From positions 710 through 64,709 of IMG/VR virus record IMGVR_UViG_3300017754_004939: a DNA stretch of 64,000 nt, one strand, 5' to 3'. The notes under the pieces were generated by a model. It was not told the origin of the DNA and searched no databases. It saw only the letters and a list, made by a program, of their open reading frames with translations. This document shows positions 55,148 to 63,148 of the stretch, in pieces. Source of the stretch: a virus. Taxonomy: Duplodnaviria; Caudoviricetes. The translations under genes were made by a program, and so were the position numbers. Position 1 is the stretch's first letter. Every line of letters starts with the position of its first letter.

Positions 55148-56673
55148 ACTCCCCACAACTTCATGTTATTGTTCAAGCTGGAGGTAGAGGAAGTCGACTC
55201 CGACATCACACTTGGAATAAACCTAAATGTTTGTTATCAGTACGCGGCAAACCAATACTTTTTTACCTTTTCGATCAGTTCCCTCAAGCAAAATTTATAA
55301 TTATCAGCGATTACCTTTATGAACAACTAGGTAAATACCTTCAGGTAAATCCGCCACGAGTCCCGTATGAATTACTAAGAGTAACTGAAAAAGGCACTTC
55401 TTCAGGGATTGCTACAGCGCTAAAGTGTGTCCCAGCTGATGCTCCTCTTGTACTCACATGGAGTGATTTAATCATTAACAATTTACCAACCTGGCCGCAT
55501 ACTGATCTACCAGTTATTTGTACTACTGATAGCTTCACTTGTCGTTGGACAATAGCCACTGAAGGGCATTTGCAAGAAATACCTGGTTCTAAACAAGGCA
55601 TACCCGGTCTATTCTATTTTTCAAAAGCATCATCTTTTCCAACACCTCCCAACAAAGGTGAGTTTGTTGAATGGTTCGCAGCTAACATACCTAAATACGA
55701 ACTTTTGAACTGCCCGGAATTAGAGGAGTTGGGGGATTTTTCAACTATCGAAGAAAGCAATGAACGTACTGGTTTTTGCCGATTCTTCAACAAGATTGAA
55801 ATTGGTATGAACCAAGTGGTTAAGACTGTGGTAGTTCCAGAGTACGAGTTTCTACACGCAAGGGAAAAGGATTGGTATAAGGAAGCTAACAAACTAGGTT
55901 TTAGAAGGATTCCTAAAGTTTATTCCGAAGAACCTTTAGTCCTTGAGCGTATCAACGGCCATCACGCCTACCAGATGCTTAATCTTACTGCACGCGAACA
56001 ACGGGCAGTAATGGCTGATTATCTGGACTCTCTGATCTCTCTGCACGATCTAGGAGAAGCTCAAGCTGACCCTAAGGAGGTAGAGGAAGTTTATTTCACA
56101 AAGACTATCAACCGAGTGCAAAGCGTAGCTGGCATCATTCCGGGTTATGATGAGGATTATATGACCATTAACGGGAAGAAGTGTAGAAATATATTTGCGC
56201 AGAAACATCAAGGAATTCTGCAAAGCTTGCTCCCAGATTTACACCCGCAATGTTTTGTTCCTGTTCATGGTGATGCAACCTTCTCTAACACTATTATAGA
56301 TGATAAGCTACGTGTGTGGTTCATAGATCCGCGCGGATACTTCGCAAAGCCTGGAATTATGGGAGATGCTTGGTATGATTTTGCAAAGGTTTATTATTCA
56401 GCGGTTGGAGGTTATGATGCTTTTAACAGGCGTAAATTTAAATTATACATCGACAATGAAACAGTTGAAGTATTAATGGAAGAACCTCTTTTTGCTAAAA
56501 CGGCACGACCCATCTTCGCGGATTACTTTGGAAAAGATATGGCTCGTATTGAAGTTCTGCATGGTCTAATTTGGCTAGCGCTGTCTGGCTACGCTAAAGA
56601 CGACTGCGATTCAGTCATTGGATCTTTTTATCTAGGGCTGTATTGGCTAGAAACAGGTATTAACCGATTATGA
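55144..56673 (+). CDS. NTP-transferase fused to an aminoglycoside/choline-kinase-like domain (capsule-type)
   Basis: QAGGRGSRL...NKPKCL; C-terminal HGDATFSN, FIDPRG and YDFAKV. Confidence 0.8.
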   Translation: MNSPQLHVIVQAGGRGSRLRHHTWNKPKCLLSVRGKPILFYLFDQFPQAKFIIISDYLYEQLGKYLQVNPPRVPYELLRVTEKGTSSGIATALKCVPADAPLVLTWSDLIINNLPTWPHTDLPVICTTDSFTCRWTIATEGHLQEIPGSKQGIPGLFYFSKASSFPTPPNKGEFVEWFAANIPKYELLNCPELEELGDFSTIEESNERTGFCRFFNKIEIGMNQVVKTVVVPEYEFLHAREKDWYKEANKLGFRRIPKVYSEEPLVLERINGHHAYQMLNLTAREQRAVMADYLDSLISLHDLGEAQADPKEVEEVYFTKTINRVQSVAGIIPGYDEDYMTINGKKCRNIFAQKHQGILQSLLPDLHPQCFVPVHGDATFSNTIIDDKLRVWFIDPRGYFAKPGIMGDAWYDFAKVYYSAVGGYDAFNRRKFKLYIDNETVEVLMEEPLFAKTARPIFADYFGKDMARIEVLHGLIWLALSGYAKDDCDSVIGSFYLGLYWLETGINRL

Positions 56674-57290
56674 CTGATTACGCTAATCTAGATTACCCAA
56701 ATAATTTACCTTTGAAGCTTGAGCTTATTAGACTGATAGATTTGCTCAATGCTAACAAGATTCATTATTGGGTAGACTTTGCTTCATTAGCAAAAATAAC
56801 ATCTAGCCCGAATGACAAGTATCTTTATTATTTAACAGGTTTTGATTTATGTGTATTTGAAGATTCTTATAAGAGAGTAAATGAATTATTAAACGCTAAT
56901 TATTTTAGAGTTTGGAATTCTTCTGATGTTGTAACTAGTATAGCTAATCCAGATCTTCCAATATTAAGAACCTTTGAAGAGAAATTCTCTAATAAAGAAA
57001 TTGTTATTCAGAGCATGCTCAAGTGGATATTAATTTGGAATTTTAAAGATGAAAATCCTAATAAAGTATCTTTGAGAATTGACAAAGACTTTTCTTACGA
57101 TAAGAGTATTTTTCTTGATGTAAGAGAAGTAGAGTATTGTGGTATCAAGATGAATATACCTAGAAATGTAGAGTTGTTAAATTCTATAAGACATCCAAAT
57201 AGAGAAGAGTTAGTTTGGAGCCACTCTCCACGCAAGAGAGAGAATTGTGAAAAGAGCTTTGGTTTCTGTAATCTAGGTGACTACAAATGA
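56670..57290 (+). CDS. LicD-like protein (degenerate)
   Basis: LNANKIHYWVDFASL...FDLCV...EYCGIKMNIPRN follows the LicD layout but lacks the DxD motif. Confidence 0.5.
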   Translation: MTDYANLDYPNNLPLKLELIRLIDLLNANKIHYWVDFASLAKITSSPNDKYLYYLTGFDLCVFEDSYKRVNELLNANYFRVWNSSDVVTSIANPDLPILRTFEEKFSNKEIVIQSMLKWILIWNFKDENPNKVSLRIDKDFSYDKSIFLDVREVEYCGIKMNIPRNVELLNSIRHPNREELVWSHSPRKRENCEKSFGFCNLGDYK

Positions 57291-58063
57291 AAATAGCTGT
57301 ATTACTAACTGGAATGCCTAGATACCTTGATAGAAACAAGGTGTTAATGAAAGACTTTTTTAAAGGTCATGAGGTTGATTATTTCTGTCATGCCTGGTTT
57401 GATAAGAATAAAAAAATAGAAGAAAAAAGCTGGCATAAAACTACAATCACAATTGACCCTAATACAGAAGAAAAAATCTTAGATGTTTTTAAACCTAAAA
57501 ATTATCTTATTGAGCCCCAACGTCAATTTGATTTACCTAGAAACTATAACTTTAATACTAGCTGGCCTCAACCGTTTTTTATTGTTTACTCTCATTTTTA
57601 CTCAGTAAAGACAGCTAATTTGCTTAGATTAGCTTATGAAAAAGAAACTGGAGTAAAGTACGATGTTGTATTTAAAACTAGGTATGATTTGTTTATTGGA
57701 AACAAAATACGTTGGGAACAGTATGATTTAAACAAGTTATACCTTCACGATAACTGTAACTGCTGGGTTGAGCTATACGATAATGCCTCATTCAATGACA
57801 TGGTAGCATTTTCGAAACCAGAGAACATGGATGTGTATTGTAACGTTTTTGATAACATTGATAAGATGTATATGGAAAACAACATGAGGTTCTCCTGTGA
57901 GAACTTTTTAGCACATCAATTGATTTCAAACAATGTAGATGTAGTTCCTATTTGCTTTACAAGAGCTTTCTTATTAAGAGAAGATAATACATACGATTTG
58001 TCTATTGGTATTAGATATCAGATGAACGAGTTAGAAAACTTAATTAACCATAACGATGATTAA
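57287..58063 (+). CDS. Putative glycosyltransferase (viral GT-A-like)
   Basis: MKIAVLLTGMPR, DYFCHAW, YDVVFKTRYD and NDMVAF. Confidence 0.7.
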   Translation: MKIAVLLTGMPRYLDRNKVLMKDFFKGHEVDYFCHAWFDKNKKIEEKSWHKTTITIDPNTEEKILDVFKPKNYLIEPQRQFDLPRNYNFNTSWPQPFFIVYSHFYSVKTANLLRLAYEKETGVKYDVVFKTRYDLFIGNKIRWEQYDLNKLYLHDNCNCWVELYDNASFNDMVAFSKPENMDVYCNVFDNIDKMYMENNMRFSCENFLAHQLISNNVDVVPICFTRAFLLREDNTYDLSIGIRYQMNELENLINHNDD

Positions 58064-58748
58064 AGATGTAACATTAGTAGCTGTTTCAAGTATTAAATTA
58101 GAGCCAACTTTGTTCGCTTTAATTTACTCTAATCGTTACTTGTATTTTGAGAGAGTTCTATTTTTAACTCATGTAAAGAAGAAATATTTCTATCATGTTC
58201 CTGATTATGTAGACATCGTAGAAATACCAGAATTAAAAGATAAGGATGATTATTCAAGATTTATGTTATATGACTTAAAAAACCATATCAACACAGAGCA
58301 TTGTTTAACAGTTCAGTATGATGGTTTCGTATTGCATCCAGATAAATGGAATGAAGATTGGAAGCAATATGATTTTATTGGCTCTCCATGGCCACCTTTT
58401 TATAGGAACAGAGAGAACTTAAATGAATTAGTCAGAGTTGGAAACGGTGGCTTCTCGCTTAGATCTAACAAATTCATAAACATGTATACAAAATTGAATT
58501 TACCCTTGTATAATGACTCTCTAGTGGGTATAGCCGAAGACCATCAGCAATGTTGCATGTATCATGACACATATGTAAATAATGGCATAAAATTTGCACC
58601 AGTGGATGTTGCAAAGTATTTCGCACATGAAAATCATGCCTTGACGCCAGAGACAACCAGAGACATAAGACCTTTTGGATTTCACTTGTGTAGAGGATAT
58701 ATAGCTATAGATGAATATGAAAGATTCCCGTACCCAACTTTTAACTGA
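58056..58748 (+). CDS. DUF5672-like glycosyltransferase-related protein
   Basis: TEHCLTVQYDGF, YDFIGSPW, VGNGGFSLRS, AED and FAHE...FGFH. Confidence 0.8.
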   Translation: MIKDVTLVAVSSIKLEPTLFALIYSNRYLYFERVLFLTHVKKKYFYHVPDYVDIVEIPELKDKDDYSRFMLYDLKNHINTEHCLTVQYDGFVLHPDKWNEDWKQYDFIGSPWPPFYRNRENLNELVRVGNGGFSLRSNKFINMYTKLNLPLYNDSLVGIAEDHQQCCMYHDTYVNNGIKFAPVDVAKYFAHENHALTPETTRDIRPFGFHLCRGYIAIDEYERFPYPTFN

Positions 58749-58902
58749 AGAAATTAAAGCAGCTACTCATTTGCTTGAGAAGAGCTGGAATTCTGCCTAT
58801 AGAGAAGCTTATTTGCATGGAAAGATTTATGCCTATAAGAAATTGCTTGAACTCGAAGAAAAAAAGAGCTATAATCTAGAGCATGGCTCTGCTGGACAAT
58901 AA
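58711..58902 (+). CDS. Small hypothetical protein
   Basis: Fills the gap but overlaps both neighbours. Confidence 0.4.
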   Translation: MNMKDSRTQLLTEEIKAATHLLEKSWNSAYREAYLHGKIYAYKKLLELEEKKSYNLEHGSAGQ

Positions 58903-59137
58903 CGAGATGTTTGAAGACGAAGATGAGAACTTCGGTGAGAATTACAAGTGCTCTCTTACTATTCATGGTATTCAGGTAAAGGTAGAAGAAAGTACAGTCG
59001 TAATCTATAACAGTGATAAAGAAAAGACTGGTCCTGACTTCAAACAACAGGCTGATAGAATTATCGAATACTTGATTTGTGAAGGTTACGTCAATAAGAA
59101 GAAGTTCAAAGTAAAAATTATTTCCAGTTCAATGTAA
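58883..59137 (+). CDS. Hypothetical protein
   Basis: TTGAAC-N17-TATAAT, 7 nt before the ATG. Confidence 0.65.
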   Translation: MALLDNNEMFEDEDENFGENYKCSLTIHGIQVKVEESTVVIYNSDKEKTGPDFKQQADRIIEYLICEGYVNKKKFKVKIISSSM

Positions 59138-60036
59138 TGGCACAAGAAACATCAAAAGCTAATTTTCTGAGAAGAAGTAAAGAGTTTAACTATTTAAACA
59201 AATACTTCGTAGGAAATGGTATTGATGTTGGCTCCGGTTCAAATCCTCTTAATTATCAGCAGATAGCCTACAAAGATAGTAACTTCTTCAGCAATTATAG
59301 ATTCTTTTCTAAAAACTCGTTATTCCCTAAAATTAAGAGCGTTAAGATTTACTCAAGCGATTGGGACTATAATAATGATGCAGAGTCTATCTTGACAAAA
59401 GAAGGTATTAGAAAATACGACTTTTGTTATTCCTCTAATCTTCTTGAACATGTAGTAAATTTTCAAAGAGCTCTTTTAGATTTCTCTTTAATAACCAGAG
59501 CCAATGGTTATATTGTATCTAGTGTGCCTGATTTTTTCTTGTATGAAAAAGAGATTTGGCCACCTGTTAAAAACACTGATCATATCTCATGTTTTTCAGT
59601 CAATAGAGAAGTAAACATAGATACTCATTACAATCTTTCCAAGGTATTATCTTACCATACTAATTTACAGATTCTCAAACTAGAGCTGGCTGATTCTCTA
59701 TACGATTACTCTCTGCAAGATACAGAAGTAGATCAAACCAATACTGTGCCTCATGGAGCAGAGTGTTTCATTGAGTTTGTTTGTAAAGTATTGCCAGAAT
59801 CTAGTTACTCTGACTATGCTATTCTTTCTCCGTTAGAGCTATTAACTCTCAATGATTCTGATATTAATCAAGATGTATTAGTAGTTCAGAACACCTTATC
59901 AGAAACTGAGAAGCTAAGAATAGCTAATTTACCTCGTACAGATACCTTTATTCCGTTAGCAGATAGTATACAGAATACCTTTCCGGTATTTATTAACAAA
60001 AACTACATAGCTAAGTTTAAGAACTCTCTTAAATAG
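59137..60036 (+). CDS. Class I SAM-dependent methyltransferase
   Basis: GIDVGSG, YDFCYSSNLLEH and GYIVSSVPD. Confidence 0.82.
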   Translation: MAQETSKANFLRRSKEFNYLNKYFVGNGIDVGSGSNPLNYQQIAYKDSNFFSNYRFFSKNSLFPKIKSVKIYSSDWDYNNDAESILTKEGIRKYDFCYSSNLLEHVVNFQRALLDFSLITRANGYIVSSVPDFFLYEKEIWPPVKNTDHISCFSVNREVNIDTHYNLSKVLSYHTNLQILKLELADSLYDYSLQDTEVDQTNTVPHGAECFIEFVCKVLPESSYSDYAILSPLELLTLNDSDINQDVLVVQNTLSETEKLRIANLPRTDTFIPLADSIQNTFPVFINKNYIAKFKNSLK

Positions 60037-60041
60037 TATGT

Positions 60042-60386
60042 GTGGGTTATTTGTACATTATTACAAATCCTAGCTTTCCTAATTGGGTCAAAATTGGTAC
60101 AACTACTAATTTTAGAGCTAGGCTTCAGACTTATCAGACGTCTTCACCGTTCCGGGATTATAAAGTAGAATTTCTTCTAGAGCATCCAGATTATTTGGCC
60201 GCAGAAAAGCGAATACATCAAACAATGAGAATGTTCTGCCTCGACCAGAAAAAAGAATGGTTTCGAGTTGACTTCTCGGTAGCAAGAGCTAGAATAGAAG
60301 AAGATCTGAATGAGTTCATGCATCCAGAAGATGATCCGGTAAAACAGATCATAAAAAGAAGTTGCATAAATAAAAAGTCAGATTAA
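60042..60386 (+). CDS. T5orf172 / GIY-YIG-like endonuclease
   Basis: GYLYII.N...WVKIG.T...RLQTYQT...AEKRIH...KEWF. Confidence 0.82.
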   Translation: MGYLYIITNPSFPNWVKIGTTTNFRARLQTYQTSSPFRDYKVEFLLEHPDYLAAEKRIHQTMRMFCLDQKKEWFRVDFSVARARIEEDLNEFMHPEDDPVKQIIKRSCINKKSD

Positions 60387-60412
60387 TATAAATACTTACA
60401 GTTCTTTGATAT

Positions 60413-60793
60413 GGGCCTGTACTGGTTTCGATTTAACAAACTAGTATAGCATTGCACGTAGATGTTGATCGGTTGGCATCTTAAAAAGCTGATCACAAGT
60501 TAAATGCTGAATATAGCTATGACTACGAAGCCTCTTCAAACTCTTTCGAGTATGATTATGCTTCTGAAGCCGCTGTAGCCTAAGGGCTGCACCAGACCTA
60601 CTGTAAACTTGTAAGGTAGAATCTGCAATTCAAGTATCTTAGTTACTATTGTAGTAAGTAGCTGGATTATTGCTACAGAAAATCTGAGTTAGGTTGTTGC
60701 TAAGTAACCTCAGATTATACAAAGCAAATAAGCGTGTAGAAGTGTTATAATATTGGGTTAAAGACGCAGGTTCAACTCCTGCCAGGTCCACCA
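60413..60793 (+). ncRNA. ssrA: tmRNA; tag ORF 60506-60583 = (A)AEYSYDYEASSNSFEYDYASEAAVA*
   Basis: 5' GGGCCTG pairs with 3' CAGGTCC-A-CCA (G3-U70); T-arm GCAGG-TTCAACT-CCTGC; helix 2 (TTTAAC/GTTAAA, TATAGCAT/GTGTTATA, TGCACGT/GCGTGTA); TAAAT-GCT resume context. Confidence 0.93.
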
Positions 60794-60798
60794 ATTTC

Positions 60799-60886
60799 GG
60801 AAGGGTGGCAGAGTGGTTTAATGCAGTGGTCTTGAAAACCGCAGTGGGTAAAACCACCGGGGGTTCGAATCCCTCTCCTTCCTCCA
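60799..60886 (+). tRNA. trnS: tRNA-Ser(TGA)
   Basis: GGAAGGG/TCCTTCC acceptor stem, CT-TGA-AA loop, long variable arm, CCA; U73. Confidence 0.9.
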
Positions 60887-60887
60887 T

Positions 60888-60979
60888 GGAAAAGACGTGA
60901 ATGTCGGTTTTTCACAGCAGTTTGCTAAACTGCCGAGGTGTAATAGCCTCCGTGAGTTCAACTCTCACCTTTTCCGCCA
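60888..60979 (+). tRNA. trnS: tRNA-Ser(GCT)
   Basis: GGAAAAG/CTTTTCC acceptor stem, GCAGT-TTGCTAA-ACTGC anticodon arm, long variable arm, G73-CCA; atypical D-arm. Confidence 0.82.
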
Positions 60980-60980
60980 T

Positions 60981-61054
60981 TGTCCGATGGTGTAACGGTA
61001 GCACAAGAGACTTTGACTCTCTTTGTATAGGTTCAAATCCTGTTCGGACAACCA
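60981..61054 (+). tRNA. trnQ: tRNA-Gln(TTG)
   Basis: TGTCCGA/TCGGACA acceptor stem, AGAGA-CTTTGAC-TCTCT anticodon arm, CCA. Confidence 0.92.
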
Positions 61055-61062
61055 TTTTTTGT

Positions 61063-61137
61063 GGGCTGTTGGTGATAGTGGTAGCACGGGAGCTTTGCAA
61101 GCTTTAGGGAAGAGTTCGATTCTCTTACGGTCCACCA
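61063..61137 (+). tRNA. trnA: tRNA-Ala(TGC)
   Basis: G3-U70 pair, TT-TGC-AA loop, A73-CCA. Confidence 0.85.
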
Positions 61138-61150
61138 TAAATATAGCGAC

Positions 61151-61224
61151 GCGGGTATAGCTCAATGGTAGAGCTCCAGTCTTCCAAACTGGCTATGAGG
61201 GTTCGATTCCCTCTACCCGCTCCA
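61151..61224 (+). tRNA. trnG: tRNA-Gly(TCC)
   Basis: GCGGGTA/TACCCGC acceptor stem, CCAGT-CTTCCAA-ACTGG anticodon arm, U73-CCA. Confidence 0.95.
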
Positions 61225-61227
61225 TTT

Positions 61228-61809
61228 ATGAATGTCTGTCACGAACTTAAAACTATTCTTTGGTTACCACCTAGAACAGCAACAAGAGCAATAGCTCCTT
61301 TATTCTACAAATTTAATTTCATTCGCGCTGATTTCGGAAAACATATTCAAGACTACGATAAGTACACTCACGAGCTTTCTATTCCAGAAGGTTGTGAAGA
61401 CTACGATATTATTTGCACATTAAGAAACCCTTTTTCTTGGATGTTATCAATATGGCACTGGGATAATTTTTACCCTGGTTTTCCTGAAGCAGAGAGACTC
61501 ACATTTAGTCAATATATTGAAAAAGAACAATGGGAGTTATCAGGTATTAGCAAAAACATTCTAAACGCTAAAATTACATACCCTATACGGTATGAGTTCA
61601 TGAAGCAAGATTTAATGAGCATTCCTTGGTTTGATGTAGATGAAAAACTAATTAATTCTCTGCTCAATCAAAATAACTACAAATCAGAGAATTTAAAACG
61701 TAACCCTGAAAATAAAAATTTCTCAGACTACTTAGCTCATTACACTAAAAAAGAACTTGATGTTGTTAGGACCAAGTTCTCTGCTCTGTTTACTAAATTA
61801 GGATACTAG
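61228..61809 (+). CDS. Sulfotransferase-like protein (Sulfotransfer_2 type)
   Basis: LPPRTATRAI (5'-PSB-like), LRNPFSWMLS (3'-PB-like) and IRYE. ATG 61228 follows the tRNA. Confidence 0.65.
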   Translation: MNVCHELKTILWLPPRTATRAIAPLFYKFNFIRADFGKHIQDYDKYTHELSIPEGCEDYDIICTLRNPFSWMLSIWHWDNFYPGFPEAERLTFSQYIEKEQWELSGISKNILNAKITYPIRYEFMKQDLMSIPWFDVDEKLINSLLNQNNYKSENLKRNPENKNFSDYLAHYTKKELDVVRTKFSALFTKLGY

Positions 61810-62705
61810 TATTGTTTAAAGTTGCTTAAATCAAACTCATTAACCTTATAACCAGGAGTTAGGGAAGCAATTGTGCTGTTTATTTCGTTTATATAACTAG
61901 GGACGTTTGTAGCCAAACCTGCAGAAGGGCCAAATGTCATATACCACGAACCTATTAATACTACTTCGTTATTAATAATTGTAGAAACAATATTACCGCT
62001 ATCACCTCCAATTAAAGCCTCGAAGTATTGAGCTCTATTTTTATCTAAGGGAATATTTATTAATGTATTTGTTGAACCGTAAGTAGTATTAATTAGACCA
62101 TTTTCCCCAATTAACGCTTTTCTTTCTTGGTCAGAATATAAAATAGGGAAATTTCTTTCTTTTCCAAAATATTGAAGATAATTTGCAGGTAAAACATTAT
62201 AGACTTTTAATGAGGCGTCAACTTCTTTATCAAGTTCACCAATTAAAATATCAGTATTAGCAACTCGCTTTGTTTTCATGACATTATAAACAAGAGATAC
62301 ATCTTTATTGTTAATAAAGAAAATCATGAATGGTGAGGTTGAGTAAGGTACATGATTAGCAAGTAATACATGTTTCTTAGTGATAAGAGTTCCACCACCA
62401 ACACCACCAAGCGGGACAACAGCAGCAGCATAACCGGTTAGATCAAGACTTTTTGCCCAACAATTATTATTTCTAGGCCAATTATAAGGATTGGCATAAG
62501 GTGTTAGTATATTTTTATCTTTCTTTTCTTTAATTAAATTGTCAAAGTTAGAGAAAATATGAGTAAGCAAGTCAGGCTTCTCAATAGTTGGAGAAAAAAC
62601 ACCCGTTAAAGAAGGTACAGAAGTTGTATTTTGTTTCTTTGCTTCTACGATAATAGCATCAATTATTTTATTAAGTTGAGCTCTAAGATTTTCTAGTTCA
62701 TTCAT
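61806..62705 (-). CDS. Trypsin-like serine protease
   Basis: GGTLITKKHVLLANH (His), TDILIGEL (Asp) and GGDSG (Ser). Confidence 0.8.
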   Translation of the reverse strand: MNELENLRAQLNKIIDAIIVEAKKQNTTSVPSLTGVFSPTIEKPDLLTHIFSNFDNLIKEKKDKNILTPYANPYNWPRNNNCWAKSLDLTGYAAAVVPLGGVGGGTLITKKHVLLANHVPYSTSPFMIFFINNKDVSLVYNVMKTKRVANTDILIGELDKEVDASLKVYNVLPANYLQYFGKERNFPILYSDQERKALIGENGLINTTYGSTNTLINIPLDKNRAQYFEALIGGDSGNIVSTIINNEVVLIGSWYMTFGPSAGLATNVPSYINEINSTIASLTPGYKVNEFDLSNFKQY

Positions 62706-62706
62706 A

Positions 62707-62901
62707 TTAAAAATGCTTTCTTGTTTCAGGATTATTGATAAGCTCTTTTAACTCTTTCAGGGCATCTTCTGGAGAAAAAACCTTTAAACCTCTGCTATCT
62801 TTATTTTCTCTTTTCTCACCGTATTTGCTATTTAGTTCTGAAAATACAGATCTAGATAGTTCATCGTAATACGGATCTCTTATTTTTTCAACGCCAAACA
62901 T
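62707..62901 (-). CDS. Small hypothetical protein
   Basis: Directly upstream of the protease on the same strand. Confidence 0.55.
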   Translation of the reverse strand: MFGVEKIRDPYYDELSRSVFSELNSKYGEKRENKDSRGLKVFSPEDALKELKELINNPETRKHF

Positions 62902-62941
62902 ATGTCTTGAGAATTTATTGGGAGCCTATATAATATTATTT

Positions 62942-63148
62942 ATGGCACGCGTAAGCAAAGAAGATTATTACTCTAAAAAGACTCATAACAACGAAGAATC
63001 CTTTAAAAAACATGTTGAGTGGTTGACAGGAGGTAGAGATGGTGGGACATGTCACAGACCTGATATTGTTACTCGTGGTCCTTGTACCCCTTGCGAGTAT
63101 GTTAAGTATTGCTTGTGTCATAGCAAGACTTTAAATAAGAAGAAATGA
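62942..63148 (+). CDS. Small Cys-rich hypothetical protein
   Basis: TTGAGA-N16-TATAAT, 7 nt before ATG 62942; CHRP...CTPCEY..YCLC. Confidence 0.6.
   Translation: MARVSKEDYYSKKTHNNEESFKKHVEWLTGGRDGGTCHRPDIVTRGPCTPCEYVKYCLCHSKTLNKKK

Noticed and set aside
60639-61165. ORFs overlapping the tmRNA and tRNAs
   Set aside because: Shadow translations of structured RNA genes.
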